NCBI RefSeq assembly: GCF_964188315.1
Contig: NC_135666.1
Coordinates: 27,404,001-27,468,000, forward strand
Length of the DNA: 64,000 nucleotides
Direction of reading: 5' to 3'
Origin: Podarcis muralis
Taxonomy: Eukaryota
In this document: positions 26,301-36,915 of the stretch, one piece after another
Numbering within the stretch: the stretch's first letter is position 1
Layout of the letters: every line of letters starts with the position of its first letter
The notes under the pieces: generated by a model
Seen by the model: the letters and a program-made list of their open reading frames with translations, nothing else
Database searches by the model: none
What the model was told of the DNA's origin: nothing
Translations under genes and position numbers: made by a program

Positions 26301-27720
26301 CTGCAGCAGGAGATGGGAATCTTGCGCTCTGGGCACTCCGAAGTCCCTTGCACTGTTTCCCCTGTGTTATGAAGCCACTCTGAGCTTTGCAAGATTGCAA
26401 CAAAAGCCAAAACTTGATACAGTTCCAGTCCTCCTTTCAGCTACTTGAAAAGAAACAATTCTTATTCTCATTTCCCCATGTATATAACAATTGTGGGCTG
26501 ATTCATATGTTGCTGAAATGGAGGTTGTTGCTTTCCCATAATTGAATCCCGTACTTTTCCAGTAACAGTTGAATGAGCTTTATCACATGGGTAGATGTAA
26601 AGTCTACCTACAGGATCCAACTATTCCGCATGATTCTGTGCTTCAAATGCATAGCCAGAGAACTAGCAATAGAGGACCAGAGGTGGGTAGAGCCACAACC
26701 GTGCTTTTTTGATAACACAGATTGGGCCTATGTGATTGGTATTAGAAATGCGACAGCTTTCCTTTTCCTTACAGTACTCCTGAATTGCACCCCTTCTTGT
26801 TTTAGTGGGCTTACCCAATGAGGAGAGGAGACTCTGAAGTTGTGAAGAGCTTCAGCTTGCAGTCAACAATAAGAGTTTGCTGTAATGTTGATTTTTCTTT
26901 TCAGAGGAACCCTACCAAACATGCAGAGTAGTATTGGCATTACTTGACTATACAGTGCCCTTGGGGTTATTTTAAGAATAAAGTGGTTAAGTAGCAGTAG
27001 AAATTTTAATGCACAATGGCTAGAAAACTTTGGGGTTCAAGTCTTCCTTTCAACATTTGGAAGAGCTTTACATAGACATTTCCTATTTATTCTGGCTTGG
27101 AAAAACTCTCACCACTCTCAGTGGTGAGGGCAACAGACCCTAAGTGTGATCTTTTATGTGTGTGCACAATGGACTACGAACTGTGTGCTCCATACAAAAC
27201 ATTATTATTGTTTTTATAACCTAATAGGATAAATGGCATTTAGACTGTACAGACTGGCACTGAATATAGATGCCATATAAATAGATGTTCTGTTATTGGC
27301 CATAACTAAACCTTCTCTCTTGACATAAAGGTGTGGAGGTAATTATATTTGTTGTTGCCTTGCAATATTCTCAAAAGCAAAAACAAAGGATGCACTAAGA
27401 AATTCCCTAATCACAGAAAACTGCCCTTCTGCAGTGCTATATTCAAAATCTTCCCTTGCTGGGGCTCTTTATATAAGGCACAAAAGTGCTCTTTTTAACA
27501 GGGGTTTGGTACTCAAACAATGTTAATATTAAATATGTATACATACATATAGCCACACAATTTAGAATGACAGCTTAGTAAGCAGTATGGTTAAGTAAAT
27601 GTTACATTGTTTGTTTTCAATGTGTAATTTGTCTGTATTATGAAAGATGTAATGGTTCGTCAGGTATTGACTGTTTTCATGTAATATTATATTGAATAAA
27701 GTATCAAAGGATTTCTATGC
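23359..27720 (+). other. CDK14: Probable non-coding terminal exon (3' UTR) of CDK14
   Basis: Acceptor TGTTGGTTTTTATAG|GAACTAAG at 23358/23359. About 4.3 kb poor in recognisable TEs, ending in AATAAA (27695-27700) with a downstream GU/U-rich tract. CDK14 lies directly upstream of FZD1 on the same strand in mammals, and from memory its last exon is non-coding and starts GATTAAG. The identity is inferred, not shown by coding sequence. Confidence 0.6.
27695..27700 (+). terminator. Polyadenylation signal (probable distal CDK14 PAS)
   Basis: TGTAATATTATATTG-AATAAA-GTATC followed by TTCTTGGTAGTTTTATGT. An upstream TGTA (CFIm motif) is present. Confidence 0.6.
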
Positions 27721-29423
27721 TTCTTGGTAGTTTTATGTACAATTAGTACCACAATTCAAAAAATTTAAAAACGTATGGAGAACATATGAGAATGGGAAAG
27801 GAGAGCTTTTTGTTTAAGGGGTTTGAATTACTTCCATTGGCTTTATTGATAAATTTACTTTTTGAGAACAAATTGCAGCACAATATTGTTATTTGTTCAT
27901 TCCCTCTGGGTTTAAACTGATGGTGGCAATGAGATCTTGAATTAACAAGAAATGTCCTGTTTGTTCATTCCCCTGTGGTTATATTTTGTTCAAGATACAG
28001 GACAAAAATACAAATTCAGAGGCTGTGCTTAAGGCAACCTTCTTTCTACACAGGATCAAAGTACTGCCATTGGGGGGCGGGGAACCACTAACACTCTTCA
28101 AAACAATATAATTTGGTTATGTGGATATAGCTCATATTTCAAGTTGCTTCTTAGCTATACCTCTTGCCAAGTTCAGCCTGGCTGTTACCACCAAGAAAGC
28201 TTTTGCTGTAATAGCTACTGCTCCCCAGAGGAAAGTAAAACCAGAGGGAAGGTGTTTGAGCAATCCTGTGCCACTAGGTTAATGCACAGCTTTTCAGAAT
28301 AATGGCCGCCATTGTAAATCATAGCAGTGTGAACCCTACAGCAGCAAAACAGCCCGCTGCTACCAGTGGGGGGTGGTGTTATGGGCATTAGCTTTGAGAA
28401 GCTTATACTGCACAAGAGCGAGGAGGATAAAGGATACAAATCAGGAAACAACTGACAAGACTTTTTATTATTAAAAAAAAAAAAACCCAGGGCCTAGTAT
28501 TTACTGTTCATTCCCCTTGTGAATAGTCGTATATATTGTCTGCAGTGAATCATGCTGAGAGTGTCAAGCACAATAGCTAAGAGCACACTAACAGTTCCAC
28601 GGTTGTTCCTTCCAGAGGTGCTTGCTGAACAAGTAGAGCACACAATTGCTAAGCTCTGTTCTATTTCCAGAGAGTGAGAGAGAGATGAATTTGTGATTAA
28701 TTCACAGTGCTAATATTCCTGTCTCTACAGACGGTGGGAACAGCAGCATATTTCAGAATGAAAAGCTTTCTCCTCGGCCAGTAGCCAAGGCCACAAAACA
28801 CTGACAGGAAAGAGACCTTTCTCCGCATTGTCCAAACTTTGTTCCTGCTAGGTAAAATAAAGCTCTGCTTGTGCTGGACACTATCTTCTTAACCACTGAT
28901 GGCCAGACCTAACACATCAAGCTTAGGAAATTTCTCCTTTTTCTCCCTGTCCCAGTGACAGATATTACCATGAAGAGAAACAGCTTAGCAGTGGATTACC
29001 TTATTCCCTACTTTCAAGGCCTTGTGGAGTGAGAACAATTAGCAGGTGAAGGATGCTCAAAACTGGCTATCTCTTTGCCCATCCACCCGATGGTCACAGA
29101 ATGAATGGAAGAACTGTGTCTATAGGTGGCCATTTTAATGGCAGCAAATGCTGATGCAGTGGTTGTAAAGATAATTCAACCGCTAGCCAACCAAAGCACA
29201 TTTCATGATCAGAGATGTCACTTCCTCAAGACTATAATGGGTCAATTTTCTCCTGTTATCAGTGAAAGCATTATTACACCCTGAGCTTGCTGGGTGGCTT
29301 CTAAAGAGGGGTAAAGCTGGAGGCAAAATAGTAAGTAATGTCACATAGGGTTGCCATTTATTGAAATTAATTTTTTTGTTACCTTTATGGGGTTTGAGGC
29401 TAGAGCAGAGAACTCTGAGCACC

Positions 29424-30021
29424 TGTCATGGATTGTCTAGATGCAGAAGGGTGGTGGGAATCTCCAAGGGAAGGAAGCTCAGAGGCAGGGGATTGGTGGT
29501 GAGATGATAATGAGTGGTCAGAGGGAGAAGATGGAGAAGACCAGGAGAAGTTGTTGGAAGCTGAAGAGGTAATGGGATTTGGTGAGCAGGAAGAGCCTGT
29601 GGCAGAGAGCAGTCCAGAGGCAGAGGCAGAAGAGGAGGCTGGAGAGGAGTGGTGGCCAAGAAACAGCAATGTGTGAGGAAGCCAAACTGTCTCCCCCTCC
29701 TGCTGTGACCAGCTCCCCTCCCCTGTGGTCTCCCAGAACGCGAAGAAGTATGATGAGGACAGAGCAAAAGCAGGCAAGATGATGGATGAAGCCTCAGATT
29801 GCTTGGGAAGGAACTGGGGGAGGATGGGGCTTTGCAAGTGGTGGAAAGGTGGGAACCTTCAGTCCTCACAAGTGTCTCATAGGGGCAAGTTCTACTGGGA
29901 AGAGTTGCTTGTGCTCACTAGGTCTGGCCTCCTGAGTTGTCTTGTTTCTTTGAATAAAGAGTTAACTTCACTGAAGCCATGTGAGTTACTGCTGACCTGC
30001 TCCTAGCACCTGCTCCTGACA
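29424..30021 (+). mobile_element. Solo LTR (Ty3/Gypsy-like), 598 bp
   Basis: Begins TGTCA and ends TGACA. Perfect 5-bp TSD GCACC (29419-29423, 30022-30026). Internal AATAAA at 29953-29958. Confidence 0.88.
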
Positions 30022-30080
30022 GCACCTGTTGAGAAGACCAAGATGGAGCCCAGTTCAAAAGCTGTCTTGTTTGCCTAAGG

Positions 30081-30198
30081 CAGGGTTGGAGAACATGCAG
30101 TCCTCCAGATGTTGGGACTCCCATCTCCATCAGCCCCAGACAGCATGATCAATGGTCAGGGATGGTGGGAGCTGGAGACCAAATAATCTATGGAGGAT
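30081..30198. mobile_element. hAT-like palindromic MITE, right end truncated
   Basis: CAGGGTTGGAGAAC...CTCCAGATGTTGGGACT...GATGGTGGGAGCTG. Same family as 36794, 53145 and 60369. Confidence 0.6.
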
Positions 30199-30295
30199 TA
30201 TTATTATTTATTAGGTTTCTATACCATTCTTCATCTGAGGATCACAGGGCAGTTTACAATATAAAAGCACAAAAATACATGCCATAATAACAATA
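30199..30295 (-). mobile_element. L2-type 3' terminal fragment
   Basis: Reverse complement of TGTAAACTGCCCTGTGATCCTCAGATGAAG..GGTATAGAAA..AATAAATAA. Compare the plus-strand copy at about 43560-43625. Confidence 0.6.
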
Positions 30296-31148
30296 TGCAC
30301 TTTCTATATTTCTTTGCCACTTTGTCTTTTCCAGTTAACACAGCTTCCTAGTTCTTGTGACATTTTATCCTACTTCATTGCTGAGGTAACTGGCACACAT
30401 TCAAACCATAAATAATAGCTTAGGGGATGCATTGCAACAGAACTGATTTGATTTGGGGGGGGGGCAGGACTGAAATTTTGTTCTCTTTTTAGCAACACCT
30501 ACTTTTGTACTTTTTATTTTCTGGAAATTCTGCAAAGAGAAGGTGCTACATCGCTATCAGTATTTTGATAGTATCTTGGAACAAACCATTCTGGCTTGGA
30601 GGCCTAAAGGCAGCAATTCTTAGAATGTTTTTCCACAACCAAGACTGTGCTTCCAAGCTGGGAATTATCTCACGAAACACACACTACTTCAGAATCTAGA
30701 CTGTCTTGCATCAATAGTGTGCGAACAAGCTGTGCATTCTAACAGCACCAAGAGAGACAACTGCTGATGCCCAGTCGGACATTTGGGAGCTGCCTGCTGT
30801 CTTGCATTTCCTGCTGAGAACCCTTGGGAAATATAAGGGCAGGGGAGAAAGATTTGATGTCTGAAAGAGAGAGAGAGGGGAATAGGAATGATGGCAGCTC
30901 AGAGAGACAGCAGTAAGTTGAAGGAAAGGAAGGGAGGAGGAAATTCATCTTTGAGAAAGAAACAAAGTTTGCAGCCGAGGAAAGTAAGAAATGTTAAAGG
31001 GTACAAGATTAATTAGCATGGAGATACTGGGACAAAAAAATATTATAATGCACTAGTCGAGTTATCCAAGTCTATAGTTACTCAACTGCTTGATTATCCA
31101 ATACTATGGAAACAAAAATGCAGAACTGTTGTGGTTGGGACAGATACA

Positions 31149-31183
<35 letters not shown>

Positions 31184-31190
31184 CGCGCGC
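31149..31190. repeat. Compound microsatellite (GT)13(GC)8
   Basis: Read directly from the sequence. Confidence 0.97.
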
Positions 31191-31984
31191 ACTCCACTTT
31201 CCCCAAAAGGTGAGAAGCTCCAGGAGCAATAATATAGAACATAAGAGGAGTTCTGATGGATTGGTTCAGTCCTATCCAACTATACCCAGTATACAACTAT
31301 GTTTCTACTCACATGTTTCTACCTATTGAAAATCAATTGAATTAATCTAGTCTTTTCAGTAGGTCTACACTGAGTACAACTACCACTGGATACAAACCAG
31401 AAGGAATCAGGCCCACTCCCAGTGTGTTCCTCATTCTTTCTTTCAATCCTCTGGTAGAATTCAGTGCTTTTTTAATGTAGCACCATGCAAGGCGCACATA
31501 GGGTTGGACCAAATTGGCTCCTGACAAGGCCTGGGGTGTGGGTGCAAAAATTGTCACTCCTGCCCTGGCTCAGAGTGTCTAGGAGCTGCCCTCCACTGCC
31601 TGGGTGGCCAGGCAAGGTGCACAGATTTCTCTGGGTGCCTCAGTGGAGGAATCCAGTCATTGGTGTGGGCTGTTGTAACAGCCCTGTGAAGCCCCCTCCC
31701 TAGAAGGCCATCAGCCCTATCAGAAGAGTGAGCCGAGTGCCCAGCAGAGCTCAGAGGGAATAAGAGTCTAGGTACACTTCTGGTGGTCCATGGTCTCTCT
31801 CAGCTTCAGAGGCATCCATACAGCTCCTTGCCAAGGGAACCTAGGTACGCCTCTGGAGCCATGCAGCAACAGAAGAAGGCACCACATTAAAACAAAAACA
31901 CTGATTTACAGCTGGGAAGGAGAGATCAATAACTTTATCCCAAGCACACATCTTTGATTTCATTCTCAGTCTTATGAAAATGTA

Positions 31985-32170
31985 AGACCCAAGGCCCCTC
32001 TAGCCTGGCATCCTATGTCCAACAAGCCAACCAGGTGCCAGTGGGACCTGGCACAAGCACAACCTGAGTGGAACAACATGCTCCCCTCTTGTGATTTTGA
32101 GCAACTGAGGAGCATACTGCCTCCTACACCAGACATAGTTTATAGCCGTCACAACAAGGAACCATTGATA
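31985..32170 (-). mobile_element. Old CR1 3' UTR fragment
   Basis: CTAGCCTGGCATCCT...GCCAACCAG...GAGCATACTGCCTCC is the reverse of the CR1 3' UTR seen at 45972-46205. Confidence 0.55.
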
Positions 32171-33620
32171 CCTTACACTCCATCAAGCTCACCCTCAATA
32201 TTTTGCTCAAAAGGGCAGAATAGATCCCCAGTACTAAATTACTATTAAAAAGCAAATGTACCAGGTTTGTTTTATTGTGTGCAATGGCAGTCCAGGGTTA
32301 CCAGTCTTTAGTACAAGGGGTGTGGGTGGGTGGGTGTGGGTGGGTGTGTACGTACATGTGTATTTGGCTTTGGTAAGTCTGATAATTTACAAAACAGCCT
32401 TTTTAGCTATTTTTAAAAGGCTTTTATATTGTGCTGACACACGGTGATTATGATCTTTGGATAGTTATCATATAATGTTTGTTTCTCCTCATTTTGCACT
32501 GCAAATTTAATATATTTATTGAAAAGTGGTAGTGTTGACTGACATTTATATTTACAGACGCTTGAGAAGACGCCGTATTTTAATATGTCACTTAGTTTGA
32601 GGTTCACACTTTTTTTGCTTTGTTGCTCACCAAAGTAAGGTAGGGTATAATATAAACTCCAAATTCAAAATAACATCCTAAGTCATCTTTTAAAAGCTTC
32701 CCCACAGTGTATCTTCAAGTGTATCTACTTGAGAAAATTTACTTCTAAATTGAGATGCTAATATCTACAATCCTGAGAGGCCAATTGTTTTAGTTTGGAG
32801 GGATGCAAAGTCTGTTGACTTGCATCCCTTGAGAAGTTGTTCATATATTGAAGTGTTTCTTTTGACAGTAGCAAGCATTTCCCAGGGTTAGCCTGATGTA
32901 CATATAAAATAGTATGCTCTGACCCAGACAAGGACAGCATCAGAGAGCATGACAATTCAGATTATAAATATGAATGAAATTATTCATATTTGCATTGTTT
33001 TGTTGGTCAATACAGAGTTGTGAAGCATGGGTGATATCCAACTTTAATGATACTCAAAACAAACATTTGAAAGCTGTAGAATTAAGGTACATTGATTTCA
33101 ATGGGTGCTATTCAACATTGCACTCTTCCAACCATTCTGTCTGCACAAGCTTTTCAATTTGCCGAACCGAATGATTCCTCCCTTCTCCCCTTTGCATTCT
33201 TCTGGGGGTTCTCCTGAATCCCCTAGAGCCTATTTTTGGGAAAACATGTGTGCACAAGAGGAAGTGGGGGAGCTCCATTGGCACAAGCAAAAAGTCTGTG
33301 TGGGTCTTCTGCCAACAAGGCTGGCCCAATGGGTCTACTCTATAAGTGTGACTAACACTGAATATCACCCTGTGTTATCTTTTACTTTACTGGATATATT
33401 TCGTTTTTAAAAAATTGTACATGGCTTGGAAACTGGTTATATTAAGCAGTTTGTGATTTATTTATTTTTGTAAAATGAACTATTGCTGTTGACTCTACCA
33501 TTACATGTAAACGCTTCTAATCTAAAAAGGTAGCTTGGGTTTGGATCCAGAAATGCATAACTTGAAAGCCAAAATGGAAACTTGGGACTAGATCCAGGCT
33601 CAGTTTTAGATGATGTTTAT

Positions 33621-33822
33621 GGGGAAGAGCCATAGCTCAGTGGCAGAGCATGTGCTTTGCCTACAGAAGGTCCTAAATTCAATTCCTGGCATCTCTAGGT
33701 AAGGCTGGGTGAGAGCACAGTCTGAAATCCTGGACAGCTGCTGCCAAACAGTGCAGACAATATTGAGCTAAGTAGACAAATGGTCTAATTCAGTATAAGG
33801 CAGCTTGCCAATGTTCCTTCCT
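33621..33822 (+). mobile_element. tRNA-derived SINE (Squam2-like)
   Basis: GGGGAAGAGCCATAGCTCAGTGGCAGAGCA (A box)...AAATTCAATTCC (decayed B box)...TGGTCTAATTCAGTATAAGGCAGCTT..ATGTTCCT tail. Confidence 0.75.
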
Positions 33823-34839
33823 GTGCTCCTAGTTAGTTTACCTTAGTTCTCACTGATATCATTCGGGCTTCACTTAGCCCCGATTTGCTTGTTAACTTGA
33901 AACCCAACTGATACAGGGGGAACTAATTTAATCTAACATTGTCCAGATGCATCCCTGTGTTTCATTGTGGAGGGGATTCTGTTTTCCCAGGAGACTGTCC
34001 ACCTGGGATGGAAGAAAGGAACAGGGGGATCTATAAACATGCCAGTATCATTCCACACTAGAAAACTGAAAGAGTTGTCTCTTAAGCTCTTCCATATATT
34101 TCAGGGGTGAGGTACCTTTGGCTCTCCTGATGCTGATAACCTACATTTCCCATCTGTCCCAGCTAGCAGGGCCAATAGCCAGGGACGATGGAAGTCGTAG
34201 TTCAGAAATATCTGAAATGTCAAAAATTCCCCACATCTTGATTTGTTTATTTGTAGCATGGCAATGACACTTCCTTGTTTGGCTGTATGTTTGGCTTGCA
34301 CATGCATATTTGAACCAGCTCCCCCAAAATGTGTTTTTGCTAGTATTTACTCGCCAACGGGTTCTTCAGTTTGGCCATATGTGCTTACAGTAAACCTTAA
34401 GAGCCATGATTTATAGCAATGGTTGCACAGGTCAAATTTCAATTACCCTGGCCTCTAACCCCAATGTCCCACTGTTCATTCTTCTTAGCAACAGACATGA
34501 CATTTTTCCTGTAGAATTTGTGGATGCTACCTATTGTCAGGAAAGTTCCTCTTATAGTGCACCTAGGTCTCTTTTCTGGTGGAAATGTGAATTCATTTGA
34601 GGGGGTGGAAGTGGAGTGACATCTGCTTCTCTCACTTGCTATAAGACGGCATGTCTCAAAGCACAAGCAAAGCAGGTGGCTTGGCCCTTGCTCTCTTTAG
34701 ACAATTGCAGCTTAAGGGGGGCAGCTGCAGGAGGTGCTTCCTGGAGCTCCTGCTCACTCTGCGCATCTATATGCCACTCTCCCTGAAGATACAGTTTTGC
34801 TGCAGTTTAAGTTCATTAAAATTCGTAGACACCTATTTC

Positions 34840-35240
34840 TAAAAAAGACTCAAGGCATCGTGCAGTAGATTAAATTACACAAAAAATCCATACAAGACAA
34901 CAATATAAAATGATACCATAGTCACAGCATGCTACGCTACTGGATAAAAAGTATCAGGGGTAATCAACTAAGGCAGGCAGAAAGCAACTCCCATATCTTA
35001 TCAGGTGCTTGGGAGGAGAGGAATGTCGTTACCAAGTGCTGAAAAGCTTTTCACATATAGGGGGCCACTACTGAAAAGGCCCTTTGTCACCACTCTCTGA
35101 ACCACCCTTGGAAAGGCACCTGGAAGTGGGCTTCAGGGGTTGACCTAAGATTGTAACCAGGGTCATGGTGGCAGAAGTGTTCTGTCAAGTACTGGGGTCT
35201 CAAAATGTATAGGCAGCCAGGCCAGGATAGGCACTACATG
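34840..35240 (-). mobile_element. L2 LINE 3' fragment
   Basis: A-rich reversed tail followed by GGGGCCACTACTGAAAAGGCCCT, the typical reversed L2 ORF2 end. A related piece lies near 40190-40230. Confidence 0.5.
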
Positions 35241-36793
35241 ATCTGGTTTGTGGTTTCAGTCATCAATCTGGCCGCTTGCCCTTCTGCATCAGATACAGTT
35301 TCCAAACTGCCTTCAAAGGCAACCCCATTTAAAGCTCATTACAGTAATCAAACCTGGAGCTTATATACCACACATTCTTCCTTCCCCCACCAAACTGTGA
35401 AAAATTATGGCGTTAAAGGCATAAGGGAAGGAGACTTCTTCACTGCTCTGCCTCACACAGTCTTAGAGTTTATTAAATATAATTAAGCTTGCTTTATAAA
35501 AGGGCAACATTTCAGCTCTTGAAAGTGGGGCTGACGAATGTATGGGAAGACATAGGCCATATGGATCTGCCTCTCCCTTTGTGCCGCTCTCTTTGCATTG
35601 TTGCCTGAGACTGGGGCGGGGGGAGAGAAGTCAGTCGGAGCCGCTGAACACAAGACGGCGAAGGAAGTCGTTTCCCTAGTAACAATAACCATGTAGCAGA
35701 TCTCAGAACTTCTTGCCCTTTCTTATGGGATTTTGTTTTGTTGTTTGTTTGTTTTTCCTGGGTCAGACAGAGTAGAGGCAAAAGAAAAAGGAGGAGGAGA
35801 AGGAGGAGGAGGAGGAGAAAAAGCCAGCTAAAAAGCATCTCTTATCAGCTTGCTTGTGAGGAAGAAAAAGTCTAGAGACTCAAACATGTCAGCTGTGTTT
35901 GCTGAAGGTGCTGTGGCTGACTTTGTTATCCTTCTTTCAAAACAAAGCAAAGCAAAAACTAATGCTGCAGACCCAGCCATCAGGTGCACCAAGGATGAGT
36001 CCAGCTCAGCAGCTTCTGGCTCAGTCTTGCCTTTCTCTCCCAACCACTAATTTATGACTGCCTTCTCTAGCAGCCCTGCTGTGTCTGGTAGCCTTGCCTC
36101 CAGTTGGACAACCTGTGGCTTGGGGCTGAAGTATCACTCTTACCACAAACAGCAGTGCCACAAGGCAAGATGGCCGTGGTGCGGGGGTCCTTCAGGATTT
36201 GTAGCCAAGACAAACACCCAGGCCCAGCATCAGCACCCGGCACCCTAAGGCAGCTGCCAGGTCTCCAGAGCTGGCCGTTTCAGTCCCCAGCAATGGGTTC
36301 ACCTGATGTGTTGTAATTTATGTATGTACCCAATACCGATGAATTGTAAGGTGAAAAAGGACACAGTTAGAAAAGGAAGAAAGGACCCACAGTGAGGTGG
36401 GTGGAAGTCACATTCAAAGAGTAGAAGGTGATTTAATGTATCGCCGACATATGATGTTGAATCTTTTATATCATGTACTGGTGTTTCTTGGAATTTCTTT
36501 TCTTTTCTTTTCTTTTTAACAACAAATGAAATAGTTGTAATACTTAATAAAAGCAATAAAGAGCATTTAAAAAAGTAATTTATATATGTACCACAGTCAT
36601 AGCTATCCTGTGACACTTGGGTTGATATAAAAGAAAGGTATTGTCCTACTACAGAATTCTGATTCCTCCACCCACATGCCATAGACCATCATGGGTTTCT
36701 ACACTTTCACTGCAGAAGAATACTTAGTCCTGTTGGTGCAAAGGTTGACAGGAAGACCTACACATTAACTTTAAGTGCGCATTGCTTGTGCAG

Positions 36794-36915
36794 CAGGAAT
36801 AGGGAATCTGTGGCCCTCCAGATGTTGTTGGACTGCAGCTACCCTCATCTCTGGCTTGCTGACTGTGGCTGAAAGAGTCCAAAAACATCTGGGGGGCACC
36901 TATTCCCCATCCCTG
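36794..36915. mobile_element. hAT-like palindromic MITE
   Basis: CAGGAATAGGGAA...CCTCCAGATGTTGTTGGACT...AGTCCAAAAACATCTGGGGG...TTCCCCATCCCTG. Confidence 0.7.

Noticed and set aside
29400-29869. Minus-strand 145-147 aa Ser/Pro/Leu-rich ORFs
   Set aside because: Complement of the purine-rich LTR, with no sign of coding structure.
33621-33700. tRNA gene (also 57122 and the Sauria SINE heads)
   Set aside because: A/B boxes are present but there is no full cloverleaf, and each continues into a SINE body and tail.
35512-35838. 108-aa minus ORF with a poly-Leu signal-peptide-like start
   Set aside because: The poly-Leu comes from a (GGA)n repeat, the start is non-ATG, and there is no homology.
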